Shown: in pieces, positions 22,982 through 33,216 of the stretch | How positions within the stretch are numbered: the stretch's first letter is position 1 | Layout: each line of letters begins with the position of its first letter | DNA from: Saprolegnia diclina VS20 | Lineage: Eukaryota | Length of the DNA: 45,047 nucleotides | Assembly (NCBI RefSeq): GCF_000281045.1 | Contig: NW_008246085.1 | Coordinates: 146,270 to 191,316, forward strand | Direction of reading: 5' to 3' | Notes under the pieces: generated by a model | The model's database searches: none | What the model was told of the DNA's origin: nothing | What the model saw: only the letters and a program-made list of their open reading frames with translations | Program-made: the position numbers and the translations under genes

Positions 22982-25900
22982 ATGTCGTCGTCGTCGGTCC
23001 CGTGTCGCCTCTGGTCCGATGACAAGGCCCGTGGCGAGCCGAGCGTGGGCGTGCTGCCGCTGCGCCCGATCCTCGGCATTGGCTGCTCGGTCTTCTCCGT
23101 GCTCGGCTGCCTCTACATCATCATCGCCTACCGAGTACGCCAATCGCGCAAGGTGTACGTCGACTCGGTGGGCCGCCTCGTGCACGTGCTCGCGTGGCTC
23201 GACTTTGTGGGCTGCGTCGCGCGCATACTCCTCGAGGCGCTCAAGCCATCGAACCCGTCGCAGCTCCTCGACCTCGCCAACGCCTCGGCGTCGCCCGACT
23301 GGTTCGACCAAAACTGGACTGCCGCCTGCGAAGCGTGGCGTGACCATGCGGGCCAGGTCCTATGTGCAGGTAGTCCTTGCATGTGTCTGTCGTTGATATG
23401 TGTTCTCATCGCATTTCTTTCTAGTGCTGCACTTCTCGCTCATGGGCTCGATCTGCTGGCACTGCATAATGGCAGTCAACCTCTACCGCTGGGTCTGCAA
23501 GGGCGACGACCAGCGTGTGCTCCACCAGCGCTTCATTTCCTACTTTTGGTGCATGGCAGCGTTCGCGCTGCTCATGAGCGTCCTTCCGTACCTCGGTACG
23601 TCCTACCTCCCGTCGTCTTCTTCCTACGACGTCGTCGTGGCACATAGACAAGGCGTACGATACGCACTCGTACTCGATGCGATTCGACGAGATCGCGTAC
23701 GCTGTCGGCTGCCACTACGCGTGGCTCGTTCTCGGCTGGTTCTTTATGATCTTCTTCCTCTTCCGCGTGCAGTACGACATGCGCCAGCGCCTCGGCAGCC
23801 CAGTCGGGTAGCATGTTCCCATATGATATTGATACTAACTCTGATGCGATGTTAGCTTGGCCAACCGGAATGCCGCCGTTGCCTACAACGACGTCGGGCG
23901 CAAGCTCGTGTTGTACGTCGGCGCGTACCTCGTGTTTCGCATCTCCAACGTCATCGATTGGCGTACGACTCGCCTCGCGATTGGGTCCATCACTTGATAC
24001 CTCGATAGTTTTCAACATGTCGGACTTGACTGAAGACGCTTACTTTGTGCCTGTCCTCATTCTCAACAACGTGCTCGCGCCGCTCACCGGTCCCCCATGA
24101 CGCGTCGGCGTCGCTCATCTCGATTCATAGGGTTTGTCAACGCCGTCATTTACGGTGGCATCTCGCCCCACAGCGTCTACCAGCGCTGCTGCTGTCGGCG
24201 CCGGCAGAGCCACAGCTTGGACGCCGCCGATGCGTTGGAGGCTGCGTCGGCCATCGACCGCCGCCCGTCGCTTCCCGCCGCCCATGCAGTGCACGCCTTG
24301 GGACACGCAAGGCTCTTTGTATCCTCGTACGACTTGTGTCGGTCGCAGTTTCCAAGGAGTTTGCTCCCTCTCTGGCTGCCGTCGCGCGCGATGGATATCT
24401 ATGTACTCGGGCTTCTCAACTGCGTCGACGTCGACGACGCCAAGCGCAGCGTCCTCGAGCACCTCAATGCGCGCTTCGCACCGTTGACGCAGTACCAAGT
24501 GTTTGCGTGCCACAGCCGCAAGGCTCTCCACTCGACGGACGCGCCGATTTTGCAGCTCGTGTTTGCGCGAAAAGCCGACGTCGCCTCCGGAAGTGTCGCG
24601 ATCGATGTCGATCGCCAAGGCCGGAGCGGGTCGCGCCACATCACGGGCATGTCGCTTCGGTACTTTGACGTTGCGATCGCGTTTGCGACGTGCGCCTTCA
24701 AACCGTCGAGCGAGGTGCGTCTCTAGCGTGTACGACGAAGCTCAAGGGCTGGCGTAGGACTACCTCATGCACCGCAAGCTAGCCGAAATGGGCAAGGTCC
24801 TCCAGACGTTCTCGCCCGACGTCGACAACCCGGGTTTGGATTTTCCGCACCAATACCACCACACGATCCTTGCTGGTATGACCTAATGGCTGAAAGCGTG
24901 TGACGGCTTAGGACATTGCGTAGGCAACTTTAACTTTAAGCTCCAAGCACACAGTGGCAGCTCGCTCCAGGAGCGCATCGACGCGGCCATGAGCGCGCAA
25001 CTTCGCCAACGCACCGCTGACGACGCGCTCGATGCGTACTTTAGCGAGGCGCCGCCCCGCGCCCGGACCTCGACCGACTCCAAGTCGTCGCGTAGCCAGC
25101 ACGATAGGGTGTACGAGACGACGTGCGAGATGCGCCAGTCGGACGTTGTTTTTGGCCTTGTGCAAAGTCCGATGGAGCCAACGAACGACGACGAGAAGGC
25201 GAGTCCGCACCGCGCGACTTCGTTTCGCTCCTTCTTGCGGGCCCAGCTGGGTAGCGGGCCACCAAGAAAGGCGCGCGAGACCCAGTGCGATCTCGTGCAA
25301 GCCGCCAAAGACGCAAACGACGATGCGGTCGCCAAGTGGAACGACGTCTTGCAGTGCGACCGCCTCCGAACGCTCATGGACAGCAACGACGTTCGCTGCG
25401 AGATTGAGTTGTCGGCCGTTGACGGTGAATATGTAGGTCTTGTGCGGCTTTGAAGAGCCGCCGATTGCGTTTCCACCGTCGTTTCCGAGGGTGCTGGGCG
25501 CTGGCGAGACGACGAGTGCGATGGGACGTCGGCTCTTTGGTCCTGGCGACCTGGCGTACGCCGATCGCATATTTTACCACTCGCTGCCCGGAGTCGAGGT
25601 GCGATTGATTCCTATATTTCACGTGTAAACTCGGTGGTTAGCCTCGGCTCTCGGTCGACGCGTACTATCTGTGTGAAGACGTCGGGGGCTCGCCGCACAA
25701 GCCCATTTGCGCCGAGTTTCGCCTTGAAGTCAACCGGTTGCACACGGCGCAGTTGCATTCGAAAGAGTCGCAAGTGCAGCACTTTGGCTTCCATCTGCGC
25801 AACTTGGACGCAAATTTATGGGAGCCGCTGAAGCTCACGCGCGGCCACTCGATGCGCGCGTCGTCCGCCACGTCGTTGTCGCGGCCGCCGTCGTTCTTGG

Positions 25901-26643
25901 AGCGGCCCGCGACCAAGTGCGCGCGCAAGAAGCTCGAGAAGGTGCCCGAAAACTTCTTGACGTACCCGATGCACCACGCGTTCAGCGGCGGCGCCACGCA
26001 GCTCCACGCGTGGAAGCAGCTGCAAGCGTCGTCGTCGACGCCGTGTGAGTGCAAGTATTGCGACGCGCCGTCCGACGACGAGTCCATCGGTACCCTACAA
26101 TATAGAGCAGCTTCAGTCTCAATGCATGCTGCGTAGCGGTGCAGTCAGTGGAACCCGCGCGACTCTCGGTGGTTTTTCCTCTGCCGTCCGTAGACAATTT
26201 TCGCTCCCAGCGCAAGGTACGACGTATCGATGGATCAAGTGCCCAACTGTCCTCTTGACTAGATTTATGAGCTCGCGCAGAGCGTGACGCAGGGGTATGA
26301 CGTCGCTGACGACGCGATCCGCGCCCACGACGACTACACCAACTGCACCGAAGTGTCGTGGGCCGATGCGCTCGCGCATGGCGTCGTGCACACGTCGGTC
26401 ACAAGACGCAGTGCGACCGACGCCGTCCTCCACGTCGGTGTCAAGGTCGAAGGACCCCGAGATGCCGGTGGTGAAGGCGTCCTCGCGTTGCATCCGCGGG
26501 ACATTGGCGTGAGCCGGCAGTTTGACGTCGCGCTCACGTGGGGCGGCAAGCACACGGGCTATCTGCACGTCGACGTTGAGCTGTTTCATGCTGTCGACAC
26601 GGACACGCGGCGCCATATCCACCAAGTTCGCTTGACACATTGA
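22982..26643 (+). CDS. GPCR (cAMP-receptor-like 7TM) fused to an inositol polyphosphate 5-phosphatase-like domain and a C2-like tail; multi-exon
   Basis: Multiple hydrophobic helices consistent with 7TM (SVLGCLYIIIAY, SICWHCIMAVNLY, PLTGFVNAVIYG); 5-phosphatase-position motifs DIYVLGLLNC, HTILAGNFNFKL, FEEPPIAFPPSF, LAYADRIFY, SPHKPICAEF. Confidence 0.8.
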
Positions 26644-26649
26644 TACTAT

Positions 26650-28754
26650 TTAATGGATCAGATCCTGCAGTGTCAGCGTGCTATCCGGTTGGTCGGGCGG
26701 GAGGACATACGGCACGTGCACTTTGGTGGGCGGCGGTGGCGGCGGGAGCTCGTCGATCGTACTGACGCTAACCGGTTGCTTCCTCTCGGCCGCGACGCGC
26801 GCGACGCGTTCGAGCTGCAGCTGCTTCCGCAGCGCGGCAAGCTGCTCGAGCATCGCATTCTGCAACAGCGCCTTGGACTGTTTGAGCTGCTCGATCTGTG
26901 TTGCTTGCGCCACGAGCTTGTCGCGAAGTAGCTGCTGCTCGTCCATCGCCGTCGCGCTGATGGTGACGGCTTCGTTCATCGCCCGCGCCGCTTCGTTGCG
27001 CTACAGAACGTTCTTGCGCTCGCACCATTTCGCGGTATATGATCTTACTTCGTGCGAGACGCTGGCGAGGTCCACGAGCGACCGTTCCATTTCAAATTGC
27101 AGAGCGCGCGTCGACGCCGCGTGGGCTTGCACTTGGTCGCTCAAGCCTCCACAGCGCGCCTCCAGTGCCTACGCCTCGTCAGCCTCGTGTACTTACGATG
27201 CAACGACCTCGATCTGGCGCCGACAGTCGGCAATGTCCGAGCTCTGGGTGCTGCACGTGGCTTGAAGCGCCTCTTCGCGCAGGCGCAATGCCTGCATCTC
27301 ACTGGACGCAGTACGCAGCTAACGACGCGTGCAGCAGCTGCGTTCATGTACGCTGGTACCTTGTGTCCCTCGGCCTCGAGCTCGTCGGCTTTCTCGTCCA
27401 AGAGAGCACGCAGCGCGTCCGAGGTCGACCGTTCGTGGGTGATGGCCTCTTGCGTGACCGTGTACGCCTACACGATCGTAAAAGGTGTGATGGGTACTGC
27501 ACCGTACTTGGAGCAGTTTGTCGTAGCTTTGTTGACTCTCGGCTGCCGACGCCGTCAGCTCGTCCATCGTCGACGATCGTCGTTGCAGCTCGAGCTCGAG
27601 GGCTTCGATCGCCTGCGTGTGCTGGGCGGCCTGCTTCTTCATGGCCGCTTCGCCCTTGAGCAGCTTCTCTGTCTGCTCCTGCACGTAGCTCAGCAGCAAG
27701 GCTTTCTCTTCTTTCAGCGTCTTGATGTCGGTGCGAAGGCTGGCGAGAGTCGTCTCGCGCGCGGCGATCGTCTCTTCCCGCCGTGCCACAACGCTCTCGA
27801 GGTCGTTGCGCACCTTGTCTATCGCTTGCAGCTCGGCGTCTTTCTTGGCAACGACGCTCTACTTGCAACTGCGTCCAACCAGCAGCGAGTGAGCTGCTGG
27901 ACACGTACCTTGAGGCAAGTCGACTGGTCGACTTCCAGCGCGAGCTGCAGCGCGAGCGACGCGTTCGTTTCCTGAAGGCGCGCGATCTCGTATATGAGGC
28001 CATTGTGGACGTTGTTGTCTAAGCCGAGCTCCCGGACGCGAACCTGACGCGCGCGAATTGATAAGAAATACATGCGCCGATGATCGTACGTCGAGGGCGC
28101 GCTTGAGCACGGTAATCTTGGCGTCGAGGTCTTTGATGCGGTCGTCCTTTTCGCAGCGTAAGCGACTGTAAGCGACGTCAGCTGTACCTTGGACTCTAGC
28201 GTCAGTAGGGTTTCGTGCCGGTCCTTCTCCATTTCGAGCATGCGCGCGGCCATTTCGGAGTGGCGGGCGGCCGCAGCCTACGCCATTCGTCATTCTGGTC
28301 CATACGTGGGCTATATCTACCTGGCCTTTGGCGCCCATGGCAAGCTTTTGCTCAATGCGCTTGGCGTAGTCGCGGTTGGCGATAGCTTGCGCTTCGACCA
28401 TCTTCTTGTCCGATGCCAGCCGTTGGAGCTACCGAAGGCGAAGATCACGCGATTGCACCGCCAGTGTCGACGTACAAGCGCAGCCTTCTTGGCGAGTTCC
28501 TTCTCGTACGCCTTGTTGTCGGCGCGCACCTTTCGCACTTCGGCGGCCATTGCATCGTGCTACTGCGCAATGACATGGAGTTCTGACGTCGGCTGAACTA
28601 CCTTGAGCGTCGTCTTGTCGAGCTGCTGGCGCGTGCGGTGGTAGCGCGTCTCGAGCTCGCGCAGCTGCTTGTTCAGGCTGGCAACGGAGCTGCTTCGTGC
28701 CGGGTACACGGCGTCCGACGTCTCGGCCTCCTCCGGATCGATCTGCTGCGCCAT
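26650..28754 (-). CDS. Hypothetical long coiled-coil protein; many short introns
   Basis: Series of heptad-rich exons from MAQQIDPEE... to ...LTLQDLIH*, separated by ~40-50 nt introns. Confidence 0.75.
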
Positions 28755-29513
28755 CAGTATCCTGAGCGAAACGGCGCGATCCTGGCTGAGTGTTATAACA
28801 CATTCACAACAGTATCGCTGCCTTAGACTGGTCACGTCTGATTACCGCTTCCGTACGAAGTGCTTCTCAGCTGCGCAACGTGCTTGGCGGATCTAGAACC
28901 TGAGCGCATCCACCAGTACGTACCCTCGACACGAGGACTGACTAGCATAGCAGCACTGCGATCTTCCATCATCGATCCAAACTTCAAGCTTGAAAAAATG
29001 GAGCACGACCGTACTAGAATTTTGGCGCCAAGACACACCCAACTCTCAGATGCTTTTGGTAAGCTTACGCGCGTGGTCTCAGTGCCGTGTCCTTGTCGCT
29101 GAGAGGAGGCCCTCTGCCGTTGCTCTCTGCCCAGCGACAAACAGTGTTATAACACGCGGATCGACCAACGTTGGCACGATCACCACTCTGAAATATCTGC
29201 GATTTGAGAAAACGGATGGCACCTGGATCAGCGTGACTTGGTTAATGTATTGATTGGTGGAACTCAATCGAAAAATTGAGTTGACTGCGCGAAGTTCGCC
29301 AATCAAACGTGGGTGTGTTGCTATCTGACTATTCTCAGATGCTAGTCCAGATGTCGATTCACTGCGGGGAATTCGCTCACCTCTACCTATCCTTACCATA
29401 TAAGCTTGAAAACCCCGCTCTTCTCAGCACAATTAAGAATTTGGCACGTTGTTGCAAGGGAATCTCCCAACCGCATGGCCGCGCTTGCTCATCTCACTCG
29501 ACAACTTACCAAC

Positions 29514-30047
29514 ATGCAGGCAAAGCTCCTCCTCGCGTCGCTTGCGTTCGCCGCTTTCGCCGCCGCCGCCGACAAGTGCCCGACCGTGTGCATCGACCTC
29601 TTTGACGAGGTCTGCGGCTCGGACGGCAAGACGTACGGAAACGAGTGCAAGCTCGACATCGCCGCCTGCGCCGACCCGACCATCAAACTCGTGAGCAAGG
29701 GCGCTTGCGGCGGCTCGCCGACGCAGGCCGGCTGCCCGATCCGCGGCTGCATCGAGATCTTGTCGCCGGTCTGCGGCTCAGACGGCGTCAACTACGACAA
29801 CGAGTGCTTCCTCCGCATGGCCAAGTGCAAGAAGCCCGAGCTCACGCTCGTCTCCAACACGTCCTGCGATGGGTCGACGCTAAACTCGACCAAGACGACG
29901 GCGCCGACCACGGTCGTCGCGACGCCGGTGGCGACGACGGCCACGCCCTCGACGGCGGCCCCCAAGGCGCCCAGCGCTGCTGTGAGCACAAACGTTCAGT
30001 GCGGTGTGCTCGCCCTTGTCGGCCTCGCTGTCTATGCCACCGCGTAA
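29514..30047 (+). CDS. Secreted Kazal-type serine protease inhibitor (two domains, Thr-rich stalk, probable GPI signal)
   Basis: Signal peptide MQAKLLLASLAFAAFAAAA; CPTVC...VCGSDGKTYGNECKL...C and CPIRGC...VCGSDGVNYDNECFL...C; hydrophobic C-terminus. Confidence 0.93.
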   Translation: MQAKLLLASLAFAAFAAAADKCPTVCIDLFDEVCGSDGKTYGNECKLDIAACADPTIKLVSKGACGGSPTQAGCPIRGCIEILSPVCGSDGVNYDNECFLRMAKCKKPELTLVSNTSCDGSTLNSTKTTAPTTVVATPVATTATPSTAAPKAPSAAVSTNVQCGVLALVGLAVYATA

Positions 30048-30318
30048 TTGGTGCACCGTGTTAATATAAAGTCAAGCTTACTACTATCCACTTATCTACT
30101 ATTAACGTTAATACATGAATGTCGACGAACTTGAGCACAACTTGTGCAGCCGACTCCAGCGCGTGGAACACTTGGGCTTCGTATCCGGAAAGCCGGATAC
30201 CGTGGAGGCGTGGGATTGGCCACTTGCGGGCATATCTTTCGAGATTTCCCAAACGCCAAGAAGATCGATCGATGGACGCGGTCGGCTAGTACGTGGCGGT
30301 CGCAGCCGATGGCGGCTC

Positions 30319-32005
30319 ATGGCTGACTGCTGCTGTAGCAAGCAGCTCTACGACGAGCCTCTGCTTGACCGCAGCATCAACGAGCCGGCGCCAAGCCTCG
30401 GCGGCTTGAGCCTCGCCTCGGTCATCACGCAGCTCAACTCGTTCCTTGCCGTGCTCTGGCCTGTCTTGATCACCATGGTGCTCACAAGGTACGCACCATG
30501 GCATGCAGACAGCCGTAATACCATGATTGCATGCCTAGTCTTGTGGCTGTCTCGGTGCAAGACAGCGAGACCCAGGCCGCGATGAAGTACATAGAGCATT
30601 TGAGGACGATGGAGTGGATTCACGACTGCTCTTGTAGCCAATACCTCTACTACAAGGACATTGACGCATCAAGTGCGACGGCGGGCACCAAGACGATCGA
30701 AGCGCTCACGAACGCGCTTGTCGTCATCTTCTTCATTGCGATCGTGACCTTTGTGGTCGTCCTGCTCTACAAAGTCAACTGCATGATCGTACGACCCAAT
30801 TTGGCTGGCGCGAAACCCATCAGGTACACTTATCGCGTAGGGACTCACGGGCTATCTGATGCTGTCGTCCTCGACGCTACTGGGGCTCGTTGGAAGCGCG
30901 CTCGTGCAGAAGATCTTTTGCGGGCTCTTCCACTGGCGCCTCGAAGTCTACACAACGAGCCTCATCATGTACAACTTTGCCATCGTCGGGACGGTCAGCA
31001 TTTTCTACCAGAAGGGCGTCTCGCCCAATATTGGCCGAATGTACCTCATTCTCACCAGCGTCATCATGGCGTGGCAGCTCTGCCAGCTGCCCGAGGTACG
31101 GCGACGAGCGAACTGCAAAGGATGGCATCTGCGATGTAGTGGAGTACGTGGGCGATTCTCTTCGCCTTGGCCTTCTGGGACCTCTTTGCTGTCTTGACGC
31201 CGTGCGGCCCGCTGCGGTGCTTGGTGCGTTTCCAGACGACTCAGATCTGATTTGAAGGCGTCCTGGTAGGTCAACTTGATCCAGTCGGAAGGCCGGCCGA
31301 TGCCAGGGCTTCTCTACGAAGCCGAAATCCACGACGGCCACGTGCGCAAGCACAAGTCGGGCAGCACGCGTGCGCTGCCCATGGCGCCAGCGGCCTCGAG
31401 TGACATGGAGATGGTGCAGCGTCGAAGCGACGACGCATTTCTGACATTTGAGTCGCAATTGCGCGACTTTTGCGTCGACGTGGGGTCGCCCAACGGCCAC
31501 CACGTCCGCGCAGTCGCGCTGCAGTACGTCGATCGGCAAAAGGACTGCTGGCGCATGCTCTACACGAAGTACAACATCACATTTGTGGCGGCGCACAAGT
31601 CGTATCCGGACGTCGCTCTCGTCTTTGCCGATGCCGGGGGCCAACGTACGTGGCTGGTTTCGATGCAGTGACGATGAACCATCACGTAGACGCTCGGGAA
31701 ACCATCAAGCTCGGCCTTGGCGACTTTATCTTTTACAGTGTGCTCGTTGCGCGCGCGGCCATGACGGGCTTTGCTGCTTTTGTCGCGTGCTTCGTTTGTG
31801 TCATTATCGTACGTCGTTTTTGCCAAGTGGTGCGACGATCCTCGATCTATCGTAGGGGCTCGCGGCCACCATGTACTTGCTCGCCCACTTCAATGCGCTT
31901 CCGGCGCTGCCGATTTCAGTGCTGCTTGGCATCTTGTGCTTTTTCCTCATGGTTCAAATGGGCAGTCCGTTCGTCGACGCGCTCGTCTTTCGGGGCATTT
32001 GTTGA
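30319..32005 (+). CDS. PSEN: Presenilin (gamma-secretase catalytic subunit, peptidase A22A); multi-exon
   Basis: LPEWSTW, WDLFAVLTPCGPL, PGLLYE, KLGLGDFIFYSVLV, LPALPIS; both catalytic Asp present. Confidence 0.93.
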
Positions 32006-32166
32006 TAGAATTTCGCTATATTGCATGACAAAATATCCATTTTAGTGCCAATATGTGTCCACTTCCGCACCGCTCCATCGATACGCGTTCTCCTGCTGCC
32101 ACGTCATTTGCCGTTTCAAATGTGCATCCGGATAACCGACTTGGAATAAGATCGCGACCGAGCAAG

Positions 32167-33205
32167 ATGCCCCGGCGCCAGGCGACGCGGCCGCTCCTCG
32201 CGATGGACATGCGCATCGTGTATCGCATGTACCGGTACAAGGAGGTAGATAACGCCTTCCGTGATGGTGTCAACGACGGCGACGTAGGCGTGGCCAAGCC
32301 TCAGCGTCGTCTTGCACAGTCTTACGTCGCGGTACCGGACGCAGGACATTTCGCTCGTCCTTTGGTCCACACGTCTTTAGCCAGCGATGTTGCTCAATCG
32401 CATTGCGTTAAATAGGTTTATCTTTGTGGCCATGACACCCGAGCTCGGGTTTCGCTACGTCTGGAACGTTGTCGGGAATCTTTTCGCGGTGTTTGCGCTG
32501 CAGTACGTCGTCCAAGCCAAGCGGCCCATCGACTACGACGCCCGCTTGCACCTCCCGGAGTGCACGGACCCCGACACGATGGGGTTTCCGTCGCTCGACT
32601 CGCACATGGCGATCGTCATTGTCGGTCCAACGTACTTTGTACCGTCTGTCTCGCCCGTCACGAGCGCGGTACCCACGCTTCTTGCTCATGATGCTACCAC
32701 GGGTGCTAGATCTTCACCGCCTGTGTGCTCCTCATTGGGTGGACACGCGTCTGGATCGGCATGCGCTTCCCGTCGCAGGTCGTGGCGTCGTGGTTCACTG
32801 GCATTGTTGGCGTCATCGTCGGCAACCTCTGCCACTACACGCTCCTCGCGTACGAGGTTCCTGCCTACTACAAGTACGCTTGTACTCGTTCTGTACTGAC
32901 AAGGGTGACGCGCGCTGCGTAGTCGCGTGTGTCTGTTGCTGCTTATCGCGAGTGCGGCTTTCTGCCTCGCCACGTGGGTCGAGCGCGCCGAGTGCCGCGT
33001 GGTTGGGGTGCCGCGGGCCGAGTTCACGCGCGTGCTCTCGCGCATTCTGCATGGCGACGGCTCGGACGGCGCGCCGGTCACGGACCAAACGCTGCTGACG
33101 CCGCAAACCAAGAAGCGCGACTCGTTCTACTTTCTCATGAAGTCGATGCAAGCCCGCCGCAAAATGACAAATTACGACGCCATGGCAACGAGCGACACTT
33201 CGTAG
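32167..33205 (+). CDS. PAP2/LPP-superfamily membrane protein with divergent catalytic motifs; multi-exon
   Basis: QYVVQAKRP, GFPSLDSH and TRVWIGMRFPSQV occupy the C1, C2 and C3 positions; multiple TM segments. Confidence 0.7.
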
Positions 33206-33216
33206 TTAGTAGCTCG

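Noticed and set aside
28860..29253. Possible small + strand gene between the coiled-coil and Kazal genes
   Set aside because: No clear start or domain; cannot be supported without transcripts.
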